In this document: one piece after another, positions 16,796-27,439 of the stretch
How positions within the stretch are numbered: the stretch's first letter is position 1
How the letters are laid out: every line of letters begins with the position of its first letter
NCBI GenBank assembly: GCA_964441335.1
Contig: CAYTUI010000001.1
Span: 961-64,960, forward strand
Direction of reading: 5' to 3'
Source: an uncultured Gammaproteobacteria bacterium
Lineage (GTDB): Bacteria > Patescibacteriota > Patescibacteriia > UBA1558 > 2-01-FULL-52-15
DNA length: 64,000 bases
Program-made: the position numbers and the translations under genes
The notes under the pieces: generated by a model
Told to the model about the DNA's origin: nothing
Databases searched by the model: none
What the model saw: only the letters and a program-made list of their open reading frames with translations

Positions 16796-17839
16796 ATGCA
16801 CACAAAATTGGACATAAAAATCAGAGGAGCGGTCGGAGTTGACGATCTTAAATTAATCGAAGGTAATTTAAAATCACAGAGCGGAATCAATACCATTAGA
16901 GCCATGCTTACTAAAGGACAGGCTATAATTAGGATTGAATTTGACAGCAAAAAAATTAGTCAACAACAAATTTACGCAATAATTAAACTGAGTGGCGATT
17001 TTAGCGTTGAAGAGCAAAGTGAAACAGATACGATACACTCCAAAGAGCTAGAGAGAGCGCCTCTAAAATCAGTAATGTCTCTGCCTGCTATGGTTAACTA
17101 TGGCTCAGAAGCTAATCCAAACAGAGCTCCATTTATTTGGGGTCTGTTGTGCGGTATTTCTATAGGTTTGAATATAATTTTTGGATTCTTGTTAATGACA
17201 GGCGGTGCTAATAACTTGCTAGCCACGAATTTATTTGCTAAGACAAATGGTCAGGTTGTCCAACAGGCAGTACAGCCACAGGCTGTTGCTCCTTCACCAA
17301 GCCAAGACGCTGGCGTGATTCAAACTTTTAATATCACTAAGAGTGATCATGTCCGCGGTGATTTCAACGCCCCGGTTACCTTGGTGGAGTATTCAGATTT
17401 TCAGTGTCCGTTCTGTGGTAAACACTTTCCGACCCTAAACAAGGTTTTGAGTGATTATACTGGGAAAGTTCGTTTGGTTTACAAACATTTCCCTTTAGGT
17501 TTTCATGAAAATGCCCAGAAAGCCGCGGAGGCGTCAGAGTGCGCTAACGAGCAAAATAAATTTTGGGAGTATCATGATAAATTATTTGAGAATCAGGCGA
17601 GTGGTTTTAGTCTAGCTAATTTTAAACAGTGGGCCAATGATTTAAGTCTTAATGCCAGTAAATTCAATGATTGTCTGGACTCTGGCAAGTACGCTAGCAA
17701 GGTACAGGCTGATGCAACTGATGGTCAAAGTAGAGGTGTACAAGGCACTCCGACGACATTCGTTAACGGGCAGGCGGTATCAGGAGCGGTTCCGTATGAA
17801 TCATTGAAAGCGGTCATTGATCAAGTTTTAAATAATTAA
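16796..17839 (+). CDS. DsbA-like thioredoxin-fold oxidoreductase with N-terminal HMA-like (Cys-less) domain and one TM segment
   Basis: C-terminal [12 protein letters not shown] (CPFC active site) in a DsbA-family context; N-terminal ferredoxin-like beta-alpha-beta-beta-alpha-beta pattern. Confidence 0.7.
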   Translation: MHTKLDIKIRGAVGVDDLKLIEGNLKSQSGINTIRAMLTKGQAIIRIEFDSKKISQQQIYAIIKLSGDFSVEEQSETDTIHSKELERAPLKSVMSLPAMVNYGSEANPNRAPFIWGLLCGISIGLNIIFGFLLMTGGANNLLATNLFAKTNGQVVQQAVQPQAVAPSPSQDAGVIQTFNITKSDHVRGDFNAPVTLVEYSDFQCPFCGKHFPTLNKVLSDYTGKVRLVYKHFPLGFHENAQKAAEASECANEQNKFWEYHDKLFENQASGFSLANFKQWANDLSLNASKFNDCLDSGKYASKVQADATDGQSRGVQGTPTTFVNGQAVSGAVPYESLKAVIDQVLNN

Positions 17840-17847
17840 TCAAACCT

Positions 17848-20811
17848 ATGGATAGAACTGTAAAATTAGGCATTGAGGGAATGCATTGCGGGTCTTGTGA
17901 AAAAATTATTGAAATGCAATTGCTGGAGATCCCGGGAGTAAAAGAGGCGAAAATAAGCTTTCAGACTGGGGAAGGCCAGATTGTTGTCGGATCAAATGTC
18001 AGTACTGACCAGTTGGTTGAAGCTGTTACTCAGGCTGGTTATAATAGCCGAATCATTAATGACCAAAATATCAACGATCAAGTGAGTAGTCAAGATGAGT
18101 CAGATGTTATTATTGAACAAAGAATTGTTGATTCTGAATCGCCAGTCAAGATTAGACTGGAATCATCAGTCCTGACGGATGGGGAATTTTCACAGAAAGA
18201 CAGTGTACCCAGTTTTAATGGTAAGGTTAATCACATTAAGAAAGGAGAGTTCGAAATTCCTCAAGGTCGGCCGGACATTGAAAAAATTATAAAGAATTTA
18301 TTTAGTGTATCAAAAATTAATCAAATGTTTGGTTTAATCTCGGACGAAGCCCCGGCCGGAGCCCCTGCCATAATCGCATCATCAATGCCCGTTACGGGTG
18401 TTGAATCGGTTTCAGTAGCAACAATACCTGATGGCCTTAAAGATAAAAAGGAAGAGCAAGTGCAGTTGACTTTAATAGGTATGCACTGCGCATCATGTGC
18501 TGGATTGATTGAGCGTGGACTTAAGAAAGTTTCCGGGGTTAAAACTGCTAATGTTAATTTTGCGGCAGAAAAAGCTAGAATTATTTTTGATTCTTCGCTG
18601 GCGTCGGTTAATCAGCTCATCAGTGCAGTGGAAAAATCTGGTTATAAAGCACGTTTGACAGATAGTAGCGATCCCGAAGCAGATAGGAGACGACGTGAAA
18701 ATGTAATAAAGGGCTATTGGAAAAAATTCGTCTGGAGTCTTGTTCTAAGTTTGCCGTTGTTATATTTTATGTTTTTGGATTTTTTCTTTTTCCTGCCTGG
18801 ACGGATGCTCTTGTTACCATATATAGGCGTGGTGTCGTTGATTCTTACGATACCGGTGCAATTTATCATTGGCTACAGTTTCTATCAGGGCATGTGGAGT
18901 AGTTTGCGAATGAAGACCTTTAATATGGACAGCCTGATTGCTATTGGTACCAGCACAGCCTTCTTTTATAGTTTATGGCAATTTCTTGATTATGTCGGTC
19001 GCACAGGCAGTGTAATTGGTTTGAATGGAGAAAAAATTCCCGAGCTATATTTTGAAACAGCGGCTTTCCTGATAACTTTCGTTATACTAGGTAAGTGGCT
19101 AGAAGCTAGGACCAAAGGTGCAACATCGGATGCTATAAAGAAGTTGATGGGGCTTCAGGCTAAAACAGCTAGGGTCATAAAAAATGGCGTGGTGGCAGAT
19201 GTACCGATTGAACAGGTTATCGCTGGCGATACTATTGTTGTCCGTCCGGGTGAAAAAATACCGGTCGATGGCATAGTCAGTAAAGGGCAGTCCAGTGTGG
19301 ACGAATCCATGATTACCGGCGAAAGTATCCCAGTAGAAAAAAATGTCGGTGATACGATTATCGGGGCTACGATTAATAAACATGGCAGTTTTGAGTTTAC
19401 CGCCACCAAAGTGGGAAGTGAAAGTACCCTGGCGCAGATTATTCGTGTTGTGGAGGAAGCCCAAGGGTCCAAGGCGCCAATTCAGGCATTTGCCGATAAA
19501 ATTTCCGCCTATTTCGTGCCGATCGTAATTGTTTTGGCTATCCTTACGTTTTTGATTTGGTATCTGTTGCTCGGTGCCACTTTGACTTTTGCTCTCATGG
19601 CCTTTACCTCGGTCATAGTTATTGCCTGTCCTTGCGCATTAGGTTTAGCCACGCCTACCGCAATAATGGTTGGCACCGGTAAAGGAGCCGAGCATGGCAT
19701 TTTGATTAAAGGCGGTGAACCGCTGGAAGCGGCCTGTAAAATTAAAGCTGTGGTCTTTGATAAAACCGGGACTTTAACCAAAGGCAAACCAGAAGTGACC
19801 GATGTTATAAGCGCGGGTCTTTCTGATGAAGAAGAAATTACTTCTATCGTTGCGAGTTTGGAAAAACTTTCCGAGCATCCCTTGGCCGAGGCTATTGTTA
19901 AATACGCCGAAGAAGAAAGTATCTCGCTGCGGGAAGCCACAGAGTTTCGAGCGATTCCAGGACATGGTGTGGAAGCTAGTATTGATGGTCAAAAATATTT
20001 TTTTGGTAACCGTAAACTTGTTACTGATGTCGTTAATTTGGGTCAAGAAGTAATAGAAAAAATTGAGCGCAAGATTCGTAAACTTGAAGAGAGTGGTAAA
20101 ACAGTAATGATTTTGAGCTCGACACAGGAAATTCTTGGTCTGATAGCGGTCGCCGATACTATTAAGGAAACCTCAATGGAAGCAGTGCGGGCTCTACAGG
20201 ATCGTCATATCGAAGTCTTTATGATTACCGGTGATAATCGTCGGACAGCCGAAGCGATTGCCCGGCAGGCTGGAATAAAAAATGTCTTGGCCGAAGTACT
20301 GCCAGAAGACAAAGCTAATGAAGTAAAAAAATTGCAGGGAACCGGTATTAAAGTAGCTATGGTTGGCGACGGTATTAATGACGCACCCGCCTTAGCTCAG
20401 GCTGATTTAGGCATTGCCATGGGCAGTGGCACTGATGTGGCAATGGAAACGGGCGGAATTGTTATTATCAAAAATGATTTACGGGATGTTATTACTGCCA
20501 TTCAGCTTAGCCGTGAGACAATGGGTAAAATTAAGCAGAATATGTTCTTTGCTTTGTTCTATAATGTCATTGGCATTCCTATTGCCGCTCGCGTTTTTAT
20601 GGCTTTCGGGTTGGTACTTAAACCGGAGTTAGCTGGTCTGGCCATGGCGTTCAGTTCAATTTCGGTAGTTTCCAATTCCTTGCTCTTGCGCTGGTTTCGG
20701 GCAGGCAAACCTAATTATTTTTCGCAGATCGCTCCTTATGTGTTAGCAATTATTTTTACCTTGGTTTTTGTGGAATTTAGTAGAATTAGTTCTGGCATGG
20801 CCACTACTTAA
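17848..20811 (+). CDS. copA: Copper-translocating P1B-type ATPase CopA with two N-terminal HMA domains
   Basis: GMHCGSCE and [11 protein letters not shown] motifs, TGES, CPC ([12 protein letters not shown]), [15 protein letters not shown]. Confidence 0.95.
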   Translation: MDRTVKLGIEGMHCGSCEKIIEMQLLEIPGVKEAKISFQTGEGQIVVGSNVSTDQLVEAVTQAGYNSRIINDQNINDQVSSQDESDVIIEQRIVDSESPVKIRLESSVLTDGEFSQKDSVPSFNGKVNHIKKGEFEIPQGRPDIEKIIKNLFSVSKINQMFGLISDEAPAGAPAIIASSMPVTGVESVSVATIPDGLKDKKEEQVQLTLIGMHCASCAGLIERGLKKVSGVKTANVNFAAEKARIIFDSSLASVNQLISAVEKSGYKARLTDSSDPEADRRRRENVIKGYWKKFVWSLVLSLPLLYFMFLDFFFFLPGRMLLLPYIGVVSLILTIPVQFIIGYSFYQGMWSSLRMKTFNMDSLIAIGTSTAFFYSLWQFLDYVGRTGSVIGLNGEKIPELYFETAAFLITFVILGKWLEARTKGATSDAIKKLMGLQAKTARVIKNGVVADVPIEQVIAGDTIVVRPGEKIPVDGIVSKGQSSVDESMITGESIPVEKNVGDTIIGATINKHGSFEFTATKVGSESTLAQIIRVVEEAQGSKAPIQAFADKISAYFVPIVIVLAILTFLIWYLLLGATLTFALMAFTSVIVIACPCALGLATPTAIMVGTGKGAEHGILIKGGEPLEAACKIKAVVFDKTGTLTKGKPEVTDVISAGLSDEEEITSIVASLEKLSEHPLAEAIVKYAEEESISLREATEFRAIPGHGVEASIDGQKYFFGNRKLVTDVVNLGQEVIEKIERKIRKLEESGKTVMILSSTQEILGLIAVADTIKETSMEAVRALQDRHIEVFMITGDNRRTAEAIARQAGIKNVLAEVLPEDKANEVKKLQGTGIKVAMVGDGINDAPALAQADLGIAMGSGTDVAMETGGIVIIKNDLRDVITAIQLSRETMGKIKQNMFFALFYNVIGIPIAARVFMAFGLVLKPELAGLAMAFSSISVVSNSLLLRWFRAGKPNYFSQIAPYVLAIIFTLVFVEFSRISSGMATT

Positions 20812-20822
20812 CTTAATGACGT

Positions 20823-21332
20823 ATGAAAAATAATAAAAAATTGGACAATTTCAGTTTGTGGGTGATTATTGGTACTGTTATTTTATTATCCTTGATGATT
20901 TTTTGGGGTTCTTCAGTCCAAAAGGGTGAAGCGACTAGCAATGATGATAAAGGTAGTCAACTTCAAGCCTCCGAGAGCAGCTATGACTTCGGTTCAATTT
21001 CCATGGCCCAAGGAAAAGTTACAAAAGTTTTTAGTTTTAAGAATAACACTTCAGAAGCGATTAAGGCCAAAAAACTTTACACCTCATGTATGTGTACTAA
21101 AGCCACTCTAATTAAAACTGATCAGACCCTTGGTCCTTTTGGTATGCCAGCACATGGGTTTATTCCAGAAATTAACGTGAATATTGAGCCAGGAGAAGAG
21201 GCTAAAATTGAAACCGTATTTGATCCGGCTGCGCACGGTCCAGCTGGCGTCGGTCCCATCGCCAGAGAAGTAATATTAGAAACTAGTGATGGTAAGTTAA
21301 TATTTAAATTTAACGCCCAAGTAACTCCTTAA
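20823..21332 (+). CDS. Secreted DUF1573-family protein
   Basis: Signal peptide; YDFGSI...G.....F.F.N......I......SCMCT pattern resembling the DUF1573 conserved SCGCT core. Confidence 0.5.
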   Translation: MKNNKKLDNFSLWVIIGTVILLSLMIFWGSSVQKGEATSNDDKGSQLQASESSYDFGSISMAQGKVTKVFSFKNNTSEAIKAKKLYTSCMCTKATLIKTDQTLGPFGMPAHGFIPEINVNIEPGEEAKIETVFDPAAHGPAGVGPIAREVILETSDGKLIFKFNAQVTP

Positions 21333-21342
21333 GACCCAAAGC

Positions 21343-22128
21343 ATGAAAAACCAAAGATTATACTTTATTTTATCGGTGTTAGGGATACTCATAGCCGCTT
21401 TATTGTTATTAAAATCCAGTACTGGCTCCGCGCAGTTTATTTGGAATCTCTCCAAGGGCGGAACCTTCCTTTTTCCTTTGGTTTCTTTATCGGCTCTGAT
21501 TGACAGCATTAATCCCTGTGCTTTTTCCATCTTACTTTTGACCATCGCATTTTTATTCAGTCTGGACACTTCAAGGTCTGATCTGATTAAAATTGGCTCG
21601 GCCTATATCAGTGGAATTTTTTTGGCCTATTTACTGATTGGTCTGGGTATTTTGGGTGCTTTGCACATTTTTAACACCCCGCATTTTATGGGTAAACTGG
21701 GAGCATTTATATTGATTGCCATGGGCCTGATAAATTTGCTTGGCCAATTCATTCCGCGTTTTCCGATAAAATTACAAATTCCCGGCTTCGCGCATAACAG
21801 AATGGCAGAGTTGATGAAAAAGAGTTCGGTATCGGCGGTATTTTTCTTAGGTATGCTGGTTGGGCTTTGCGAATTTCCCTGTACCGGCGGCCCTTATCTG
21901 ATGGTTTTGGGTTTATTGAATGACGGCGCATCATATGTCAGAGGCCTGTTGTATCTTGTTTGGTATAATATTCTGTTTGTTCTACCGTTAGCGGCAATTT
22001 TATTCGTGGCCAGTGATAAAATATTGCTAACCAAATTACAGAATTGGAAGCGGAATAATTTGAATCAGACCAGATTAATCGGTGGCATAATTATGGTCGT
22101 TTTGGGAATAGTCATATTATTAATCTAA
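21343..22128 (+). CDS. CcdA/DsbD-family thiol:disulfide interchange membrane protein-like
   Basis: 6-8 TM helices with conserved Cys in TM1 (NPCAFSIL) and in a CxxC-like CEFPCTGGP segment. Confidence 0.5.
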   Translation: MKNQRLYFILSVLGILIAALLLLKSSTGSAQFIWNLSKGGTFLFPLVSLSALIDSINPCAFSILLLTIAFLFSLDTSRSDLIKIGSAYISGIFLAYLLIGLGILGALHIFNTPHFMGKLGAFILIAMGLINLLGQFIPRFPIKLQIPGFAHNRMAELMKKSSVSAVFFLGMLVGLCEFPCTGGPYLMVLGLLNDGASYVRGLLYLVWYNILFVLPLAAILFVASDKILLTKLQNWKRNNLNQTRLIGGIIMVVLGIVILLI

Positions 22129-22132
22129 AATT

Positions 22133-22642
22133 ATGAGAGAAATAAGAAATTATCAGGACTTAATGCAAAAGGTTAATCAGATCAAACAAGACGGCAAAAT
22201 TGATTTGTCCATGGAAGAGGATTTGAGTATTGCTGTCATGAATTTAATCAGTTTGGAGGAGCATTTCTTTTTTACGGCGGAAAAAACCGGTAAAGACTCC
22301 TATATTAATCTATTGGAAACAGTTAGAGATATGAGGAAAGAGCTTTTGGCTATGATGATAAAAAAGTATGAGGGAGAGACTTGGTGTATTGCCAAACATT
22401 TGCTGGCCGCCTCAATGAGATTAATGGAAGTAGGGACAAAATTACAGTCTGGGGGGCAGCCTGATCAGGCCAAAAATATGTTTGCTAAATCTTACGAACT
22501 GTTCAATTTATTTTTTGCCGTACGGCTTAAACTTATTGACTTGCCTGAACTAAAAAATAACGCAAAGTCAGAAATTAATTTGGATCAGCCATGGACCAAG
22601 GAAGAGATAATGAATAAATTATTGGATTGCTGCAAAGAATAA
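22133..22642 (+). CDS. Hypothetical cytoplasmic protein
   Basis: ORF with RBS; no recognisable motif. Confidence 0.45.
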   Translation: MREIRNYQDLMQKVNQIKQDGKIDLSMEEDLSIAVMNLISLEEHFFFTAEKTGKDSYINLLETVRDMRKELLAMMIKKYEGETWCIAKHLLAASMRLMEVGTKLQSGGQPDQAKNMFAKSYELFNLFFAVRLKLIDLPELKNNAKSEINLDQPWTKEEIMNKLLDCCKE

Positions 22643-22878
22643 ATCAAATTTTTATGCATCACGATTATAAAGGAGATCATGATAGCCACAAAAAAGTAAT
22701 GTGGCTAATGATGTTAATCTGTGCCCTGCCGATATTATTTATTCTCTTCTCCGCAGCTAAGACACGTTTTTTCGCTATATTATTTTTAGCAGCTTGCTGT
22801 ATTGATGGCCATTTTTTGCTGATGAAATTATTGGGGCATTCAGGCCATACTAATAAGGACAAGCCAGATAAAGAGTAA
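22627..22878 (+). CDS. Small His-rich membrane protein (possible metal-binding)
   Basis: HHDYKGDHDSHKK N-terminus, two TM helices, C-terminal HSGHTNKDKPDKE. Confidence 0.4.
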   Translation: MLQRINQIFMHHDYKGDHDSHKKVMWLMMLICALPILFILFSAAKTRFFAILFLAACCIDGHFLLMKLLGHSGHTNKDKPDKE

Positions 22879-23025
22879 TATATTCTTTGGCAACTGGTTC
22901 GGCATATTTAATCCGCAGTTAGAAGTTAGTCGAATATTTGCTGATAAAAACGTCCGCGGTTTAAAAAAAGAGGTCATTCTGGCTAGTGGGTATACATGAT
23001 ATAATACAGTGGCAACAATATTATC

Positions 23026-25290
23026 ATGCAGACAATAAAAAATAGTCATTATTCTAGCAATCAGAAAAAAAAGTGCTCTGATTGTATCAACTGTAGTGCT
23101 TGTCAGGTAAATCATCTAAGCGTCAGCTGTGGCTGTGACAATGAGGCCAAACAATTCGAATACCGCGGACATATTCACAGCGAGCATCATGATCATGGAG
23201 GTCGGGCGCCAATCACAGCGCAAACCAAAAAAGCACATTCTGGTCATGCTAGCGCTAAGATGAATCATGCAGATCATGCGGCTGCCATGAGTAATCCGGC
23301 GATAGCGAAATTTATGGAGGAAGATATGCGCCGCCGTTTTTTTATCTCTCTGATATTGTCCATACCGACTTTTCTGTATTCCCCTGTGGGCATAGATTTT
23401 TTTAAATTAAATTTACCTACTCCTATTCCCGTCAATTTGTTGCTGTTAATTTTTACCACGCCAATCGTTCTTTGGGCTGGCTCAATTTTTATTAGCGGGA
23501 CATATCATTCTCTGCGGGCAGGAAAATTAAATATGTCAGTATTGATTTTTACCGGGGTCATGACCGCCTATTTGTTTAGCCTTTTTTTGACCTTTACGGG
23601 TGGTCAGGAAACATTTTATGAAGCCGCGGCCTTGTTGGTGACTTTTGTACTCTTTGGGCACTGGATGGAAATGCGTTCGCGTCGGGGAACATCGGATGCT
23701 TTGCGCGCGCTTTTTGATTTAGTACCGCCACAGGCGATTATAATTCGTGACGGTCGGGAAATGACTGTTGCTAGCGCGGAGATAATTAATGGCGACGTGG
23801 TAATAATTAAACCTGGCAATAAAATTCCTGTTGATGGAGAGGTGGTTGAAGGGGACACGTATATTGATGAATCTTTAGTAACTGGCGAGTCGCTGCCGGT
23901 GCATAAGGCTAGTGGCAGTTCGGTGGTTGGGGGGTCAATCAATAAGAATGGCACGATTAAATTCAAGGCCACCAAAGTCGGTAGTGATACTGTTTTAGCT
24001 CAAATCATTAAACTGGTTGAGAGTGCCCAGAATTCCAAGGCACCGGGGCAGAGGATTGCGGACAAAGCGGCTGCGATATTAGTAATTGTTGCTATCGGTT
24101 CAGGCCTAGCCGCTTTTATTGGATGGTACGTGATAGCTGGCGTCAGTTTTATCATAGCTTTGACTTTTGCTGTTTCGACTATTGTTATTGCTTGTCCGGA
24201 TGCTTTGGGGTTGGCGACTCCTACTGCGGTGGCCGTGGGCACCGGCATAGGTGCTAAACATAATATTCTAATTAAAGATGCCACAACGCTGGAAAAAACC
24301 GCTAAAATTAATGCCATTGTTATGGATAAAACAGGTACCTTGACCAAAGGACAACCGGAGGTAACCGATGTTGTTTCCTTTAACTCTTCTTTGGCAGACG
24401 AGGCTGCTGTATTTCAACTGGTGGCATCAATAGAAAAAAATTCAGAGCACCCTTTGGCCAGCACTATTATCAAGAAAGCTGTCAAAGATAAAGTTGAATT
24501 TTTACCCCTTCATAACTTTGCTGCTATTACTGGTCAGGGCGTTAAGGGGACGACTACTGATAACCAGCAAATATTTTTAGGCAACATAAAATTATTAGCT
24601 GACGCTGGCATTTCTTTAACGGCAAAAGATCAGCAAAGAGTGCAATCTTTACAGACTGAAGGCAAAACAGTAATGATATTGGCCAAAGATAAAGAGGTTT
24701 TAGGGGTTATAGCTGTAGCCGATACTGTGCGCGATAGCTCGAAGAGGGCAGTAGAATTACTGCAAAGGATGAAAGTTGAAATAATTATGATTACTGGTGA
24801 TAATATTCAGACGGCGCAGGCCATCGCGGCCAAGCTGGGCATTGAACGCGTGTTTGCCGATGTCTTGCCGGCGGACAAAGCAAACTGGATAAAAAAACTT
24901 CAAACTGAAGGCAAATTCGTGGCTATGGTGGGTGATGGCATTAATGACGCGCCAGCCTTAGCCCAGTCTGATATTGGTATTGCTATCGGCGCCGGAACAG
25001 ACGTAGCTATAGAGACAGCTAGTATTGTTTTAATGAAATCCGATCCTTTGGATATCGTCGCTGCTATTCGCCTTAGTAAGGCGACGGTAAATAAAATGCG
25101 GCAGAATTTATTTTGGGCGGCAATTTATAATCTAATAGCCATTCCTTTTGCGGCTGGCGTTTTTTATAACTCTCTAGGATGGTCTTTACGACCGGAAATC
25201 TCGGCCTTACTGATGTCAGTGTCATCAATTGTTGTCGCTACCAATGCGGTATTGTTAAAAAGAGTAGAACCAAAATTAACAGTTAATTAG
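23026..25290 (+). CDS. CopB-like heavy-metal P1B-type ATPase with Cys/His-rich N-terminus and atypical CPD transmembrane motif
   Basis: N-terminal CSDCINCSAC..SCGCD and HIHSEHHDHGG.. His-rich stretch; TGES; IACPDALGLATP (CPD instead of CPC/CPH); DKTGTLT; GDGINDAP. Confidence 0.9.
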   Translation: MQTIKNSHYSSNQKKKCSDCINCSACQVNHLSVSCGCDNEAKQFEYRGHIHSEHHDHGGRAPITAQTKKAHSGHASAKMNHADHAAAMSNPAIAKFMEEDMRRRFFISLILSIPTFLYSPVGIDFFKLNLPTPIPVNLLLLIFTTPIVLWAGSIFISGTYHSLRAGKLNMSVLIFTGVMTAYLFSLFLTFTGGQETFYEAAALLVTFVLFGHWMEMRSRRGTSDALRALFDLVPPQAIIIRDGREMTVASAEIINGDVVIIKPGNKIPVDGEVVEGDTYIDESLVTGESLPVHKASGSSVVGGSINKNGTIKFKATKVGSDTVLAQIIKLVESAQNSKAPGQRIADKAAAILVIVAIGSGLAAFIGWYVIAGVSFIIALTFAVSTIVIACPDALGLATPTAVAVGTGIGAKHNILIKDATTLEKTAKINAIVMDKTGTLTKGQPEVTDVVSFNSSLADEAAVFQLVASIEKNSEHPLASTIIKKAVKDKVEFLPLHNFAAITGQGVKGTTTDNQQIFLGNIKLLADAGISLTAKDQQRVQSLQTEGKTVMILAKDKEVLGVIAVADTVRDSSKRAVELLQRMKVEIIMITGDNIQTAQAIAAKLGIERVFADVLPADKANWIKKLQTEGKFVAMVGDGINDAPALAQSDIGIAIGAGTDVAIETASIVLMKSDPLDIVAAIRLSKATVNKMRQNLFWAAIYNLIAIPFAAGVFYNSLGWSLRPEISALLMSVSSIVVATNAVLLKRVEPKLTVN

Positions 25291-25307
25291 GGAAGGAGGT
25301 GTATAAT

Positions 25308-25442
25308 ATGATTAATTATAGTTATATGATGGGCAGTTCGGGAGGCGGCTTGATGTTTTTTTCATGGACCACTTATATTCTGTTAACTGCATTGCTGATT
25401 CTTGGCATAGCCGCTTTATGGAAATATATTAATAAAAAATAG
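25308..25442 (+). CDS. Small membrane protein (44 aa), not in ORF track
   Basis: Strong RBS GGAAGGAGG 7 nt upstream of ATG; MINYSYMMGSSGGGLMFFSWTTYILLTALLILGIAALWKYINKK, one TM helix. Confidence 0.45.
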   Translation: MINYSYMMGSSGGGLMFFSWTTYILLTALLILGIAALWKYINKK

Positions 25443-25443
25443 T

Positions 25444-25698
25444 ATGATTAGTGCGAAACATTTACTTAAAGTCAGTTTAGTATGGGTCAATATCGTTTAT
25501 GTAATTTGTTTTTTGGTCGTGGTAATTTATCCGCCGCTAAGGGAACAATTCATGCTCTACGCGTTACACACTAACGTGGAGTTAGGCCAGGACGTGACCA
25601 CGGTTACTACGTTTATTACAGGCTTGATTTGGTGGAACATTTTAGCGGTGTCGGCAGTTGGACTGTTCGCTTGGTTAGACCATAAAATTAAGAAGTAG
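25444..25698 (+). CDS. Small hypothetical membrane protein
   Basis: 84-aa ORF, two TM helices. Confidence 0.4.
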   Translation: MISAKHLLKVSLVWVNIVYVICFLVVVIYPPLREQFMLYALHTNVELGQDVTTVTTFITGLIWWNILAVSAVGLFAWLDHKIKK

Positions 25699-25852
25699 AG
25701 TTACTTAGGGGACATTTTGGTGATCCTGGTAATTGATGTTGATTAATGTTGGGATTTGTTTATTTAGGCGATGTTATAAAATTTTTCGTCTTTTAGAGTT
25801 TCTATAATGACTGATTTTTTATGATTTTAAGATTGAAAATTTAATTGAAATT

Positions 25853-26878
25853 ATGTCAGACAGCAAAACATATGTATTTCACGTGGCCGGCATGCACTGT
25901 TCGGCCTGCGAGATATTAATTGAAGACGAATTAGGAGCGGCTCCGGGCGTTAGCCAAGTGAAGGCCAATTTAGCTAAAAATCAGGTGACAGTTACTTTGG
26001 ATAATCCGGGCGAGCCAGAAGCTATTACCAAAGAGTTATCGGCTAAAATTGCCTCCAAAGGCTACAGCCTGCAGACTGAAAAAATTAAGCCTAACCGGCA
26101 GTGGCAAGATTTCTGGTATGCCGTGCCTTTGGCCGCTATTCTGATTATCATATTTGTCTATCTGCAAAAGATTGGTTTAGTAAACTTAGTTAGTGGCTCA
26201 AGAGTTAATTACGCGACAGCTTTGTTAATCGGCGCTATTGCTTCTGTGTCCACCTGTTTAGCGGTAGTCGGAGGATTAACTTTATCGTTGTCGGCTAATT
26301 ATGCTAAGAGTGGCGCTAAATTTTTACCGCACGTAATGTTTCACACTGGACGATTGGTCGGTTTTTTTCTATTAGGTGGTTTACTGGGTTTGTTAGGGAA
26401 GTCATTTAATATGAGTTTAAGTATCGGAAATACTTTGGGTTTGGTAGTAGCTGTAATTATGTTAATACTAGGGTTAAATTTATTGGATGTTTTTAAGTTC
26501 ACAAAGAAATTACAGTTTAGGATGCCGAAAATTACGGCCAAGCATGCTACTAGACAATCAGTTAAAGGCGGGCGACTAACGCCGATAATAATTGGCGTAA
26601 TAACTTTTTTTCTGCCCTGCGGTTTTACGCAATCCATGCAGGTTTATGCTTTGACAACTGGTAGTTTTCTAACCGGCGCTCTGACCATGGCGACTTTTGC
26701 TTTAGGTACGCTACCTGCTTTGGCTTTATTGTCTTTTGGCTCATTTAGCCTAGCTCATAAATCCTGGTCAGGTATATTTTTTAAGACCGCTGGTCTGATA
26801 GTTATGACCATGGCGTTATTTAATCTGGCCAATATTTTAGCAGTGATGGGCATTATTAATCCAATCTTTAATTTTTAA
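25853..26878 (+). CDS. HMA-domain fused to DsbD_2/UreH-like permease (paralog of 14797..16563 without cupredoxin domains)
   Basis: GMHCSACE HMA motif; conserved VSTCLA and FLPCGFTQSMQ positions shared with the paralog. Confidence 0.6.
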   Translation: MSDSKTYVFHVAGMHCSACEILIEDELGAAPGVSQVKANLAKNQVTVTLDNPGEPEAITKELSAKIASKGYSLQTEKIKPNRQWQDFWYAVPLAAILIIIFVYLQKIGLVNLVSGSRVNYATALLIGAIASVSTCLAVVGGLTLSLSANYAKSGAKFLPHVMFHTGRLVGFFLLGGLLGLLGKSFNMSLSIGNTLGLVVAVIMLILGLNLLDVFKFTKKLQFRMPKITAKHATRQSVKGGRLTPIIIGVITFFLPCGFTQSMQVYALTTGSFLTGALTMATFALGTLPALALLSFGSFSLAHKSWSGIFFKTAGLIVMTMALFNLANILAVMGIINPIFNF

Positions 26879-26886
26879 TTATAAAA

Positions 26887-27279
26887 ATGAAAAAAATTAT
26901 TATTCCAATCGTCATAATAGTTGTTTTAGTGGGAGGGGTATATTTATTAGGTAAGCAGGCGAGTGGCGGCACCGATAATACTGGGATTTCCGACAACGTT
27001 AAACAAGTTGGCGGACAACAGGTAGTAGAGATTTTTGCCAAAGGCGGCTATTCGCCAAGAGTTGCCAATGCTCAAGCCGGGGTAGAAACAGTTTTGAAAA
27101 TTTCCACCAACGGAACGTATGATTGCTCTTCCAGTTTGGTAATCCCCAGCTTAAATTACCGTAAATTTTTACAACCGACCGGCGTGGAAGAGATTACTAT
27201 CCCTAAAGATAAAGCCATCGGCAAATTGCGAGGACTATGCGGTATGGGTATGTATTCTTTTGAGATTAGGTTTCAGTAG
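26887..27279 (+). CDS. Small secreted cupredoxin-like protein
   Basis: Signal anchor; domain homologous to the C-terminal modules of 14797..16563 (YDCSSSLVIPSL...GLCGMGMY). Confidence 0.5.
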   Translation: MKKIIIPIVIIVVLVGGVYLLGKQASGGTDNTGISDNVKQVGGQQVVEIFAKGGYSPRVANAQAGVETVLKISTNGTYDCSSSLVIPSLNYRKFLQPTGVEEITIPKDKAIGKLRGLCGMGMYSFEIRFQ

Positions 27280-27439
27280 TCTGTTTTAAACATATATAAG
27301 TCAGAGTAGTGCGAGGTTGAAGCTTTTTAGCGTTTTTAACTGCCTGTTTTAAACATTTATAACGCCGCCAACCGGGTCATTGACAAATTTTTGGAGTAGC
27401 GTTACTATGTGTATATAATACAGTAAGTAATCCACAGGT

